Source: Hypanus sabinus
Lineage: Eukaryota
Direction of reading: 5' to 3'
NCBI RefSeq assembly: GCF_030144855.1
Contig: NW_026781663.1
Location: 124,001 to 188,000 of the forward strand
DNA: 64,000 nt
The translations under genes and the position numbers were made by a program. The notes below the pieces were generated by a model. That model was not told the origin of the DNA, did not search any database, and saw only the letters and a program-made list of their open reading frames with translations. Below are positions 36,866 to 51,050 of the stretch, in pieces (position 1 is the stretch's first letter; each line of letters starts with the position of its first letter).

Positions 36866-39800
36866 TCTTCTCCCAGTTTCCATCACTTAAATTCTCAGAC
36901 AGCCTCGGGTGTTGAGAAATGGATTGGGGAGCTGCCCGCTGTCCAGGCAGAAAGTCAGAGGGGCATTGTCATCCCAGAGGTACAACCAATAAGCCTATGT
37001 GCGTGGAGTTCAAGAATAAGAAAGGTAAATTCGCTGTTATAAGATTATATTAGTGGCCACACCCAGAAAAGTCTGTAAGAAAGAGCAACCGATATGGCAG
37101 CAGTTTATGGGCTGTTGCATGAACAATAGAATAAACGTAGTGGGTGAATTATCACCACTACAGATTCGGAGATTCAGGATCTTAGCATGATGAGAAATAT
37201 TGCATTTAGTTACACAAATAAGAGGAGCCATATGTAAGTTTTAGAAAGTTGAAATTGGACAGGATTTGGAGGAACATAGATGAATATAGAAACAAGTCAC
37301 ACTGTGAATCAGGAGAGTGAACAGTGAAAAGGAAATATCCTCAGTGAGAAGAATTAATGAGAGTCCCAACGCATTGAATGCATGCACTGGAAACATCAGC
37401 ATACTGGGGACAGCACAGGGCCCCTTGAACAAAGAACGGAGTTTATGACTGGAGCCCGAGTTAACAAGCGAGGTCCAAAATTAACTCGTTGCATTCGCTG
37501 GTGTTCAATAAGGAAAATGACATGGAGGAAAGCGAGATCGGGAAAGGGCCATGGTGATATTCTCAGACGTGCTTATACTAAGGAACAGGTAGTGTTGAAC
37601 TTTAAGGTGTGGAAATCCTTGAGGGCTTCATTCCATTGAGGACACAGGCCACATACCGGCAAATCTGCAGTTTAAATTGCCATCGTAATATGCACACAGA
37701 GGGAGCAGAGGGTACTGTTCCTCTGCTGTGCTGTTCATTGTTTATTGGTCAGAGATTTGAGGCACATTGTGCAAAGGATCAAGGAGCATGTTCCGTTATT
37801 GTTATTTCTACAATAACTGTTGTTCTCAGTCAGACAGCTCAAAGATGAACTGGACAGGCCGTTTCGAAGAAATAACCTGCCGAGCTCTGTGAAGAGAGTG
37901 GGAAACGGGGAATGATAGCAAACTTTTTCTCTAGTCTCCAGGAGACTGCTAATCTACCTGCGCCTACAAGACCAATTTGTGTAAAAAGAACAGACTTCTG
38001 TAAAGACACTTACATTGTATTTCAAGCACTCAGAACTGCCAGAGCACAGCACTGACCATTGAAGTCACAGACAGGTACAAGACTCTAATACAAGAAATGT
38101 AATTCATCAAAACGATATACTGATAACCCAGATCTGAACAATCTGTGTTTTGCGCTGTAACTCTGACTAACAAACATCAGTAGACTGATATTGTAGTGGC
38201 ACAAGCAATTACAACACGACGCATCTTACTGCCGACACAACAGCAGGCACGAGACTAAGGACAGACATATCTGTAATAGTCGGCACCACACTGTAAGGAA
38301 ATAGAACTTTCCAGCAGCTGGCCCAATCTGCAAGGCACACATCTTTAAAACAACGGCACCGTATTGTAAGGATAACGATACTTACAACAACGGCCACCGT
38401 AATATGAAGACGGAAATCTTTACTACAACCACCACCATGCCGCAAGGGTACAGACCTTGATGACAGCGAGCACCAGCTCGCACAGATCTTTGCAACAGTT
38501 CGCAGAATGTTCCAAGAAGACACTTCTTTACAAAGCTGGACATGCAAAGACCAGCACAGACCCGGAATAAGGTGAATGCCGATTGGATGTTTCAAGTGCT
38601 TGGGGTGTCCAGAACTAGAGGGCGCAGCCTCAAAATGGAGTGGCGATCTCTTAAAAAGGACATGAGGAGGATTTGCTTTCAGCCAGAGGGTAGGGAAATT
38701 GTGGAAGATTCTGCCACAGACAGCTGTAGAGGCGAAGTCCCTGGGTGTAGTTAAAGCGAAAGCTGACAGTTTCCTGAATAGGCAGGGCATCAAAGTTTAT
38801 AGAAAAATGACAGGTGATTGGAAGGAGGCAGATTAGGATTCAGCCATGATCTGATGGCTGAGCGAAATCGTTGGGTGAATGGACAAGGCCTACTCCTATC
38901 TCTTATGGTCTTATATGATCGATATGGACGGTCAGGGATTCTTATAATTGGTGTATAATAAGAGTCAATACAATTCTTATCAGACACCAATAATTAACTA
39001 GCTTTGTATTGGCTGATCACAGACCTTGGAAATTGCTACAATGAGCAGAAATTTAACAATAATGCATACCCCAGTCTGTTCTGTTCTCTATGACAAGTCC
39101 ACAGAGCTGACTTAACCGAGCTTCAAGAAATGGAGTCAGAGATTTCCAGCACCAGCCATTAACAACCTGACATTGCACCGTGAAGACACCGACCGACACA
39201 CACATGCACACACAAACACAGACACAAGTGCACCAGACACTTCTAAACTGGAGGAACAGCGACCTGATAAAAAAGCACAGTTCTGGACTTTGTGGACACA
39301 GACCAGCGTAGCTTCCGCACTGCACAACATGGAGGAAGATAGGTGGAAATTAAACACAGTAACGAATGGATAGAAATTGCTACAACTCAGCATGATGAAG
39401 AAAGGGAATGGGTATCTCTGCTATAAACATGCCTGCATATGTGATCGTACAAGTTCAGTCGGCAGTTGATTACAGGGATAATGGAGTACAATGTCTAGAC
39501 CTTCATTAGCAGGACACAGACCTATAAATTTCTCAGCACTTTGCAGTGACCACAGAAGCCTGTACACAGCCAAACCCGAACTGCTCTCTTAATCACTATT
39601 ACAACCCTAGTTTTAAAGGACAGAGAAATGTAAAAGCGTAACACTGGACTGCAGTTCACGGATACTATCAATCACCTCCCTCCCACCGGGAATCTTTCAG
39701 GCTGTGACAGAGCATTGATAAAAGAGAACTTTGAGATGCTGTGTGCTTCAAGGTCCAAAGGTGTTGAAATGCCAGCAGGAGAAAGAGGAACTAACCTGAA

Positions 39801-42800
39801 GGTAGGTTAGGGAGATGACTAAAAGGAACAGGGTAGAGTGTGACTGCAATTCCTCCTGTATTGTCTTGGATTTTCCAAGTGCAGATGCTTAGAGGAGCAA
39901 AATTTGCTGGTATCCTGGAGAGACTTTCCAGCACTTACAGCTTCTACGACGTATGTTTTTGAAGAGATAGCACGTCATCTAAAATCTCTGACACACTTAT
40001 GAAGATGTACAACATAGAATATACTAACTGGTTACATCATGGTCTGCTGTGAAAGCCCTATTGTCATTGAATGGAATATCTAATCGAATGGAGCCAGTCC
40101 ATCACAGGTAAAGCCTTCCCCACCACTGAGCATATCAAGCAGGAAAGCTGTCAAAGGGAAACAGTGTTTAACATCAAAGATGATGATCATCATCACCCCA
40201 TCATCCACCTGACGTTCGCTTCCTGAAGGAGTTACAGGAGTCTCAGTTCCCTTAGCACAAACTTCAGGAACAGCAATGACTCCTAAATTATCGGCTGTTG
40301 AACCAAAGGTGATAATTTCACTGATCCGAACCATGAACTCACATTCAATGAATCCAAAACTCTTCTTTCATATATTTGATGTCTTTGATATTTTTTTTGA
40401 AATTTGCAGCTTGTTCGTCTTCCCTTTGTGCAGTTCTTCCTTGATACAATTATGCTTCTTTATATGTACTGCGTATGCCGGCAAGAAAGTGTATTTCAGG
40501 AGAGTAAATGGGGAGACGTATGTACTTGGACAATAAATTTACTTCCAACTTTGAAGTTACGACAGCATGTCTGGTGAGGATAGGTTGAGTAGGATCAGGC
40601 CTTTCTCTTTGGAGAGAAGCGTGATGGGAGCTGAATTCAAAGAGAGATACAGGATGCCTACGTCGAGTGGACAGACAGAATCCTTTTCCCAGTGATTCTC
40701 AAGGTCGTTGTCGGGCAGTATAGGATCTACCTTTGGTTCTCGTTTAAACACAGGGGAAGTGTGGTATTCGATGTCAAGGATGGTGGCAGAGGCAAATACA
40801 TCAGTAACATTTAAGGAAGCTTGTATTGTGGCTTATACCTCGCGTTGATGCAATTCATGGGGAGAGGATATTTGATAATGCATCCCCAAATAAGGTTTCA
40901 ATCTTGTGTGGGGTGGGGGAGCTTTATAAACAGATGTAAACTAATTTTCAGCTACCACCCTGTACTTCGGCATCACCTCCCCCTCCCATCGTCTTTATCT
41001 GACTTCTCATCTTTTTTCTCAGTCATGATGAAAGATCTCAGTTCCGAGAAGTGGAATGTTCACTCTTTTCCTGCTGAATTCCTGCAGAGTTTTCTGCCTG
41101 TTGCAAGCTAAGTATGATTGTGTTGGTAAGGTTCTGGAGAAAGTGGAGTCCAAGAGCACCTGTGGTTGCGTAAACACACTATAGGAATTAGTTAAAAAAA
41201 CACATGGCTCAGAATTGAAATTGTTTAATTGAATGGCTAACAGAAGGATACAAGGTCCGAGATCATTGCATGTTCAGAGATATATTGCAAATGCAGTCCA
41301 ATAGAAAAAAAAAGAACCATAAAGAAATATGCAATACAGTCGACATCGACCAATGGCGATCCTCCGGATAATGTATACATACAGAGGGATTTTCGTGGCA
41401 AGATACTAAAACTGATGGCCGGACCTTCCTTCCGAGATGATACTGCTGCAGCCGAAGTTGGGACCCAGCCGGCTTCGATTTCAAACCATCCGCGTAGAAG
41501 TCCAGTGTTGATCCAACTACATAGAAGGCTGGGCCCAGGATAGCTTCGGAAGTCGAAATTGGACAATGGGATAAACATGCCAAAATATGCAATGCAAACA
41601 GGGAATTATCAGTGCTGAATAATGGTAGGAGAGCTTCAATTATTTTGCTGAGCGAAACTGCAGAAAATGCCAAGGCACTTTCTACATACATTAAAATGAA
41701 CAAATGAAGCACCGTGGAGAAGATAAGAAGGTAGGACAACTCAAGGACAGGTGAGGATACTTAGATTTAGGCTTGAAGCCGGAGAAAGTGGGAAACAACA
41801 TCAAATTAATATTTAACGTCAATATTCATTAAAGAGAAATTAATGGTGGATGGAAAGATCAGGAAAGATAGTTTGATATTCCATGGCATGTTGATAACAT
41901 GCTGATCGGAGCGTCCGGTCTCGCAAAGAATAGCAAGGCGGATAAATGGCCTGACATTGATGGGATACATCCGAGGTTACTGAGTGAATGTGGCAAGTCA
42001 GCAGATTACTGGAGGCTTTATTTAATCACACATGATGCGGCAAAGGACTGGAGATGAGCCAATATTGTTCCCCTTTTTAAAAGAGCTGTCGAGAGAAGCC
42101 AGCTAACTGCACGGTTGACACAAAAATTGCTGCAATGTAGTTAGTGAAGATGGTTGCTAAAAGATCTACCGGAAAAGAGACGAACTGGAAATGTTGGCAG
42201 AGAAACGAAAGATGAACTCTGAAAGTCAAATTGCAGAGCTTTTTTTTCAGAATTCGTCTCCCTATTGCAGCAGCTGTGGCAGTAACAAGCACTGCCAGAA
42301 TATATGGGAGATCAGGGAATCGATATGTGTTCCCGATACCTCTGCAATAGGAAAGTGCATCTGAAGCCACTTCCGACTGACAAAATAAGGGATCTAGATA
42401 AGACAAAATAAGGGATCAACTGACCAAAGATTGTCCAGGACGCTGTGAACAGATAATTTGTCAGATGGGTACACCGAAGTTGCAGATTATGCCCACCAGG
42501 AGACGAGCCAGAAAGTGCATGGCCCCACCAAGCATCCAACTATTCTCTCAGTAACAAACTTACCTTTACAATCTCTTGAAACTACATTACAACGACTTGC
42601 ATGCATTTTCTCCGCTGTTAGATGTTTCAATCATGGGAAAGTGATATGCCCATACTACTCCTTTCTATGCCCTTCATTATAATATGAAAATCCACCATAT
42701 CTCCCCTCACCGTCTGCCGCTGCAGAGAAAGTACCCTACGTTCAGCCAGCTTTCCTTATAGCACATGTACTATAAACTACGCAACAACTCTTCTGCGCCC

Positions 42801-44271
42801 TATCCAAGGCCTCAACATCCTTTCTATATAGGGGCGAATTAAACTGTAACAAACACTACATGTGTGGCCAAATTAGGGGTTTATTAACGAAACTTAACCT
42901 CCTGACATTTGAGCTCAATATCTGGAACAATAAAAGGAAGCCTTCTTAATCACCCTATCAACATGCTTTAAAACACTTCTCATTTGGATGTATCTACCCG
43001 TGGCTTCTGAATTGCTTCCAGCTTTTCCAACATTCATATTTCAGTGAGTAGATCCTTGAAGGTGCAGAAACAGGGAGATAAAAAGGCATCTAATGATTTC
43101 ATGTGTTGTCAGCCGGGCATTGAACAGTAGTCCTACTTACAAGTCCTTTTTAAAACATCAGTTGTGCTGGCTTCAGTGTGTTAAATGTGTACGTATCTTG
43201 TGCCACACTGTTCAAAGAGGGAAGCTTCTCTGAAGAGGAGATTATGGGCGCGTCTGCGTTTCTAGTAGATCCTGCATTGGCTTGAGCATTTTTCCGTCTT
43301 GAAGAGAGTGTGAATGGCCACAGGTTTTCCAAGCACAAAGTGTGTAACACCAGCATGTTTTGGTTTCAGATAAGTGGAGAAATACTGAAAGGTGACGTAA
43401 GGGACATTTCCAACACAGATAGTAATGGAGATGTGGAAGGAGTCACTAGAGAAAGTGGTAAGGGGGGGAGGGTTACAGTTACTGAGTTTGAAAGGCATAT
43501 AGAGAGAGTTACGGATAGGACTGATTCAGAGGGATATGGGTCAAAGGCAGGCAAATAGGACTGAGTCGGGTAAGCATTGGTCAGTTGAAATGAAGGGTAC
43601 TTTTCTGTCCGTTAAAAGCCTGTTATCCAGAGAGAGAGAGATCTGTATAATTAAGGGGACAGAGTTTTAAGTAGAGGAGCGTGAGGGGTAGAGGGGATTT
43701 GAAGAATAATTCCCTCTGAAGGTACCGATCTGGAAACACACGGCCTGAGGGGATGGTGCAGCCATGTAATGACCATCTCTGTAAGCACTTGAAGCAGCAC
43801 CGAGGCAGAGCAGGCGACAGGACAAATGCTGAATTGAAGGAGACAGATTCTGGCACACACATTATGGACCTAGTCGCTCCTTTGCCGCATAAACATCTGA
43901 CTATGCTGTGGAAACCTGGAACATAGTATTATAGGTCAGGCTGCCCTGAAACATTCAGAACAAAGGGAAATCAAATCAGTTCAACAAATGTATTAACTGT
44001 AAAAGTAATGAAACAAATCCCTCCCTTTCACACGAACAAATTGTGAAGCATTGTTGGTACCTTTCGAATTAAAGGCTGCTGGATTGTTCGCTAGGATGGA
44101 CCAAGAATTGTAGAGCACGGAAAGACGACCATCGGTCCATCAGATTTATGTCAATTATAATACCTACTTATACCAATCCTACTTTTCTGCATAAATTCTA
44201 TATACCTTGTTCAATAAAATAGCTAAGCATTTGCCTCAGCTGTTATAGAGTCATATAATGCAATTCCTAGT

Positions 44272-44585
44272 NNNNNNNNNNNNNNNNNNNNNNNNNNNNN
44301 NNNNNNNNNNNNNNNNNNNNNNNNNNNNNNNNNNNNNNNNNNNNNNNNNNNNNNNNNNNNNNNNNNNNNNNNNNNNNNNNNNNNNNNNNNNNNNNNNNNN
44401 NNNNNNNNNNNNNNNNNNNNNNNNNNNNNNNNNNNNNNNNNNNNNNNNNNNNNNNNNNNNNNNNNNNNNNNNNNNNNNNNNNNNNNNNNNNNNNNNNNNN
44501 NNNNNNNNNNNNNNNNNNNNNNNNNNNNNNNNNNNNNNNNNNNNNNNNNNNNNNNNNNNNNNNNNNNNNNNNNNNNNNNNNNNNN
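44272..44585. other. Assembly gap (314 N)
   Basis: Run of N. Confidence 1.
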
Positions 44586-45243
44586 TTGTCAATCACTTCC
44601 AGCCTTCCTGCATTGATTTATCTTCCAATTCAGAGCACCGTGTGTTTTTATTATTATTTATCTGGTCTGCACATTCCTTTGAATATTGAAACAACTTACT
44701 TTTGACATCTGTCAGATTTGAGATGCTTATAGTAGTCTATTGCATCTGCAATATCACAAAATTCTGGAGGGACTCAGTAAATGTGGCTATTCTATGACAA
44801 AGCACAGTCGTTGTGTCTGTGCATATGTTGCAGGCGTGTCTGCATATGCCCGTTTGAATATGTTTGGATGTATATGTGTGTGTGTGTGGCCAGGAAAATA
44901 TTAAAGGACTGACGGACAATTGGAAATGGGAAACCGCAGGGGCAGAATTTTGGGTCGGTGTCGGTGAACTCTGTTTACAGTAAAAACGTTGTTACAATAA
45001 AAACGTGAAATGTAAAAAAGTTGCACCGCGTGCAAAACTCAGCCTTTGTCACTGGAGTTCCGGCATTATTTCCGCCAGATGAGTCACTGCTGAGGTAATG
45101 GCAAAGAATGTTGATTATTTGTTTTCAATCGGCCTAATTGTTACATCAGAGACAATTGTGTTGAATTAAAGTGCTTCTTCAGGTAACTGTAAATATATAA
45201 GTTAGTCAGAGGTATAACCGTGTCTCTGGAGACGGATCCTTTG

Positions 45244-45249
45244 TATAAA
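45244..45249 (+). promoter_or_regulatory. TATA box, gene 3
   Basis: TATAAA 90 nt upstream of the ATG, at a similar offset to the TATA(-like) motifs of the other three genes. Confidence 0.55.
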
Positions 45250-45333
45250 TCAGCCCCGTTTTGAATGTATCAGGTCAGAGTGTCTGCCAGAGCTGTGAAT
45301 TCGGATTAACAGAGGTCACAGATTCTCACTGAA

Positions 45334-47520
45334 ATGGTGTATCCAATCAGCTTGCGGATTCGAGAAGTTTACTATCCTTCCATTTCAGTCTTTGGAATTC
45401 TCGGTAAGCCTCAGTGTCAGCTGCTCTTGGTGGGAATTGTTAATTCCAGCCTTGTGATTATCCCTGTCGCTGGTTTCCACTCTCGCTGCCCAGTCACCGT
45501 GTTCCGCGTATTAGGAATGGAAAGGAAACATTGGGAAAGTGGATTCTGGAATCTAGATCGGAAAGAAACTGCTGCAGAAATTTAACGAAACAGCCAACAT
45601 CTGTGGAATTCAATAGATTAGGCATTGTTCTTCTAGACGTTTCTGTTCAATAGTGGGATGCTTGGTTCTCTGTGCTTTTGGTCTTGTAGAAGCTGCACTG
45701 TATTTGGGTGTATTCTGTTTACACAGCCCACGGAGATGAGAACATTTGACTGTTTGTGTTTCTATGTGAGCGGTTGTCTGCGGAGAGGTGTCACGATCGA
45801 ACTACCGGTTGGTAGTAACACTGTAGACAATGTGAGGAGGTCCACGTTGCTGCATGAAGCCCGTGGCTTTTTTTAAGTAAATGTGAGCACTGTGGCTGAA
45901 TGTGAAGCTGTGGTGGACAGTACAATGAAGTCGGTGAGTAAGTTGACGCAATCGACTCGGTGAAACACGGTTATCAATACTGTGAAATGCATTCTGTTAT
46001 ATTCACATCTGACGCATACAGACATCTGACTGCGGCAGCGAGCTCTGCATCGCTTTGTTGAGTTGGATTCGGTGGGAGTCTTTCTGTCTGTCTGTCAGGT
46101 AGATTTAGATTGCGCTGTACCTGTTGGAATCTGTCAATGTTCACTTTACCTGCTTTCCACATATTTTGATTTGCCTGGATGAATGTTTCCAGCATTTCCT
46201 GCTTCTGTTCCGTTCTTCGGTGTCCTGTCGCTGACAAGGAACACCCTGGAAGCCGATGATTATCTAATGGAAGAATCCCTCCATTCGTGTCCGAATTTAT
46301 TCACTCAGTTGACACGAGACCGGGAATGCGCCGGTAGAAAATATTCCACCCACTATAGACTGTGAGGGGGTAGTTACCCAGTTTCAGCTTTCAACTGACT
46401 GCAGATTACGATCATCAGTAAGGAATCTGAATTCAGCTCACATTGACTTTATTTTACTGCGTGAACTCCTTCTCTGTCCATGCGGTCACTACAATCTGTC
46501 TCCACCCTTCTACTGCTAAATGCAGCAATAAAGTGCAAATATTACAGGATTAAACAGCAGCATTAATTTCTACTCAGTATTTTTCAACTTGCTGTTCCTG
46601 TCTCTCTTCCAGCGAACTCGGTGGCGATTGTGATTCTGTCCCGCGGAAAGTGCGGTCTCTCCAAATGTGTCACTCACTATCTGATGGGAATGGCCGCGGC
46701 CGATCTCCTGGTCGTTATCTCTGATCCGCTGCTGAGGGGGACTGCTGAGATTTATTTTCCCCGAACATTCCTGCTCCTCACTCCTGTGTGCAGACTCGGC
46801 AGATGGCTAATTTTTCCGAGCACTGCAGCCTCAGTCTGGCTGACTGTCGCTTTCACCGTCGACCGATTTGTGGCTATTTGCTGTGAGAAGCTGAAAACAA
46901 AATATTGCACCGAGAGAACGGCGGCTGTGGTTATCGGGACAGTGAGTCTGCCGGCCTGTCTGGAATGTGTTCCCTGGAGCTTTGTGTACGAGCCTTTGGT
47001 AATGATTGATGGTGTTCCCTGGCATTGTGCTGTTACATCGAGCTACAAAAACTCTCCCTCATGGGCGGCATTTACGATGTTTCACCGCATTTTAACCCCT
47101 TGTATCCCATTCTCTCTGATTTTGTTGTTCAATATTCAGACTGCCAGGCGGATTCTAGCGGCCAGTCGAGCCCGCAGGAGGCTCCGGGGGCAAAAGAGTG
47201 AAGAGAATGACAATGACCGGGAGATGGAGAATCGACACAGATCCATAGTTTTGCTCTTCAGCATAACCGGTAGCTTCATATTGTTGTGGATAACACAGGT
47301 GGTATTTTATATCTATCAGCGGATTTCAATGAATTTCGTTTATTCTGTCACAGATCCACGTTACATCACAGAAAAGACAGCAGCAATGCTACAAGTCCTC
47401 AGTTCCTGCACCAACACGTGCATTTACGTCCTGACTCAGAGCAAATTCCGAGAAGAACTCAAAAATGTGGTGACATACCCTCTGAATCGGATTTTGAAAC
47501 TAATGAAACGGGAAAAATAA
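45334..47520 (+). CDS. GPR139-like class A GPCR, gene 3; join(45334..45403,46613..47520), 325 aa
   Basis: Exon 1 encodes MVYPISLRIREVYYPSISVFGIL plus G, with GTAAG at 45404. The acceptor tctctcttccAG ends at 46612, giving the junction GIL-A-NSVAIVILSRGKC. Motifs ADLL, VDRF and NTCIY. TATAAA at 45244 and AATAAA at 47617. Confidence 0.92.
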
Positions 47521-48086
47521 TTGTTTTAAATGGTTACAATTCGGCTAGCTCTGTGCTCCCCATTCTGTACGCCCACTTGTGGGTTAATGTAAGACATGTG
47601 ATGAACAGAGTTACGAAATAAACAGGAGAAAACCTGCGGAAGTTCGAGAAACAAACTAACACACACATACATCAGATTCCTATTGAAGTTTCTCGAGCCG
47701 AAACATTGTTCCAGGGATGATGCCGGACCTGCTGAATTCCTCCAGCACTTTTGTGCATTGCCTGAAAAAGTACACTGCAGTTGTTGTCAGCTGATCTCGA
47801 CGGAATCATTCGCCTCAGAGTCACAGGGATATCCCCGTTGCTCCTGATTTGCCACCGCGATTAATTTGAAGGTCGAGGCGAAACAGTTACCCTTGCTTCT
47901 CGGTTCTGATAGAACTGCCATCTTGGAGTATGTTTTCGTCTGTATCAATCACGCCTGCTCCAGCATTACCCATAATTTCTTTGATGCTCTTTTTCTTCAT
48001 TTTCTCTACCTGTAGGCTATAGTTCTCCTTTTGACAGTCACCTTGACTTGCAATAGCAAAAAAATCATTCTGTTACAAATGTCGGC

Positions 48087-48090
<4 letters not shown>

Positions 48091-48130
<40 letters not shown>
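48091..48130. repeat. (GA)20 microsatellite
   Basis: Directly visible. Confidence 0.95.
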
Positions 48131-48133
<3 letters not shown>

Positions 48134-48759
48134 ACTGTCGGCTACTGGGTTTCTTAAGGCACAATGTTAATCAGATCACTGAATGGTCGATTGATATTCT
48201 CTGTACACTATCTGTCTGTGGTTTCACAAGTGGCTGATTAGTATTTCTTATGTCATATATAATATAGTAATAGTTTTCGACATGTGCACAGTGTCTCACT
48301 TCTTTGCGAATTCCTGATGCTGTTGAATCAAAACGGAGCAAGGGGAATAAAAATATCTTCCTTACAACCCATACCCGTACCCGTGAAGGTGGCCACGCTG
48401 CAGTCATACTGGCGTTATCACTGGATTGCAGCTGATACTGTTCCGTTGGGTGTAAAGACTCGGTTTCAATCCAAGCTGCCGTTCCCGGATTCTGATTCAT
48501 GACAGAATGGGCTTTAATCAAGCGGCATCAGCGTCTTTCTACGAAATGATTTTGTATTCATTGCCAAGCAAAGGTGAAAGCTGTAAAGTTGTACAATTTA
48601 CCCTCCATTGAAGGTCGCCACAAGAAAACAAACAACCGCCAGAGAGAGCGAGCGAGCGAGAGAGAGAGAGACAGAGAGAGGGGGGCGGGGGTGAGAGAGC
48701 AAGAGAAGTTTGTGAACCCACGGACAAACCCAAGGCAACAGAGTGGGAGCATATGCGAT

Positions 48760-49430
48760 GTAATCCTGGTCTATAGCAAGGGAATAATCGACTGCTGACA
48801 TGGCGTCGATCCTAGACAATCGATCAAATGATCGATGAAAAGAACTACAACAATGCGAAACAAGGCTGTCAAAAGGGTCTGGTTTCAATTTCACTTTGAA
48901 AAGTACAGAAAAAGTTTGAAATACTTCCCTTCAGTATTTTTCATGACTCGGACATGTCCACAACGTATGAATTAATGAAGCCTCTCCATTGTTACATCTG
49001 TCACAATAGGGAGATATATCCGCAAGAAAAAGAGACAACTTATCTTTAGTCATGTGGACCCAAAGGGCCACTTTAAATTACAGGTGGAAGTGACGGACAC
49101 ATAGCGATAAGGTGTTAACCAATTTAAAGAATTCGTTCCAAGTCTTCTCAGAAATTTAAGTCTGTAAGTATCGAAAAAAGTGAGTTTTTGGTAAGCTATA
49201 TTTAGCTGACAAGTCCTAAAACGAAAAGAGAATTTTTCCATCAAATAGATCCTGAGAGCATTTAATACCCAGTCTATCCCAATCTTTAAAAATTACATCA
49301 ATCATAGAAGGTAAAAAAAATTAGAAAAAAATGGGACAGAGAAAATCTCAATAAACCAAAACATGTTTTAGATTGCACCCTAATCTTCAAAGTATGTTTA
49401 ACTACAAAGCTATCATTTAGTTTACTCAAT
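48760..49430 (-). mobile_element. L1-clade ORF2 C-terminal (zinc knuckle) fragment
   Basis: The minus strand gives ..FKVA..VHMTKDKLS..ISPYCDRCNNGEASLIH.LWTCP; it probably continues at ~50395-50525. Confidence 0.7.
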
Positions 49431-49441
49431 AATGAGGGAAT

Positions 49442-50394
49442 ATCAGTTCAGTTAAGTTCAGTTTCAGTTTATTGTCATTTGGAAACCACAAATGCAATGC
49501 AGTTAAGAAACTGAGACAACGTTTCTCCAGAATAATATCACAAGAGCACATGACAAAACAGACTGCACCAGAAAATCCACACAACGTTTGACAATCCCCA
49601 ATCCAGAGTCCGGAGAGGCAGCTGCGTATTAATATCGCGCTAACATCTTTGCGTGATCCCCGGAAAGGAGCTCCAAACCCATCAGACAAAACAAGACTAC
49701 CCAGACTCTCCAAGTCAGGAGACCAACAAACCAAAAACTAAAGCTACAAGACCTGCACAAAACCATGTAGTTACAACACATAGTTACAACAGTGCAGACA
49801 ATAGCATAACTGACAAAAAACAGACCATGGGCAGAGTAATAATAGACCAAAGATGTTAAAAGACTATAAGTTCGAAGTAAATCACCACATAGTTTCCGGA
49901 AGTCCTCAGGGTCCCGATAGATTCGTTATCCCACGCAGGCGGTAGAAGGGAGTACCCCCACTATGGACTTCCAAGGCGCCGCCCGACTCAGCCTCGCAGA
50001 CGCAGCATGCAATGGAATCTCCGTCGGACGCAGCCTCGCAGACACAACACACAGTAAACGCGCACCGACCGCAGCGGACACCGAGCCCCCGACCATCCCC
50101 TCCGGCACAGCTTCTCAGAGCACCATCCTCTGCCGAGCGCATTAAGACGTCCCCGCCAACGGCCACCGGCAACGCGACCCGGAGGACTGGGGGCCTGTTC
50201 TTCTCAGCAGAGACCCGGACCTCACAGCAGCAGCAGCAACGAAGAGGCTTTCCTGGAGATTTCCAGATGTTCCTCCGTGCTCCCACGTCGGTTTTTCATC
50301 AGATTAGGATTGTGCACGGCGCCCCGCTTGACAAATCATCGATATCAGCTCCGGAGAGGCGGCTGCAAGCAGCGTCACGCCGCCACCTTGGATC
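49442..50394 (-). mobile_element. Non-autonomous LINE-like retroelement (GC-rich 5' end plus 3' UTR with (ACTGA)n tail)
   Basis: The minus strand starts gatccaaggtggcggc and ends aataaaactgaaactgaacttaactgaactga; inserted in the L1 fragment. Confidence 0.55.
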
Positions 50395-50596
50395 ATAATT
50401 GAGGATCCGAGAAGAGAAATGATAGAAAATTTATTAACAGAGTTAGCTTCTGAAGAATCCAAAACCGGAAAGTCCTCTCGGTTAATGTAATATAACCAAA
50501 ACGTACGATTCGTTCTATTATCTTAGACGGAGGAGAGTGGTGGTAGAGGGGAATTGGTTAGGTCTGGAATCCAAAAAGAAGCGAAGAGCTTCGAGA

Positions 50597-51050
50597 CACT
50601 CAGGTTGGAGGAACAACACCTTATATACCGGCTGGGTAGCCTCCAACCTGATGGCTTGAACATTGACTTCTCTAACTTCCGTTAATGCCCCTCCTCCCCT
50701 TCCTACCCCATTCCTGACATATTTAGTTGTTTGCCTGTTCTTCATCTCCCTCTGGTGCTTCCCCAACCCCTTTATTTCTCCCGAGGCCTCCCTTGCCATG
50801 ATCCCTTCCCCTCTCCAGCTCTGTATCACTTTCGCCAATCAACTTTCCAGCTCTGAGCTTCATCCCACCCCCTCCGGTCTTCTCCTATCATTTCGCATTT
50901 CCCCCTCCCCCCACTACTTTCAAATCTCTTACTATCTTTCCTTTCCCTTAGTCCTGACGAAGGGTCTCGGCCCGAAACGTCGACAGTGCTTCTCCCTATA
51001 GACGCTGCCTGGCCTGCTGTGTTCCACCAGCATTTTGTGTGTCTTGTTGG
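50597..51050 (+). mobile_element. Penelope-like element 3' end (GIY-YIG C-terminus plus pseudo-LTR)
   Basis: LRLEEQHLIYRLGSLQPDGLNIDFSNFR*, followed by a pyrimidine-rich UTR and the hammerhead motif. Confidence 0.85.
50948..50988 (+). ncRNA. Minimal type I hammerhead ribozyme within a Penelope-like element
   Basis: gtc-CTGACGA-A-GGGT(CTCG)GCCC-GAAAC-GTC-gac: complete catalytic core, stem II, palindromic loopless stem III (ACGT), GUC cleavage triplet at 50979-50981 and a short stem I (GTC/GAC). Confidence 0.7.

Noticed and set aside
44251-44689. Poly-X ORFs
   Set aside because: Artefact of the N gap.
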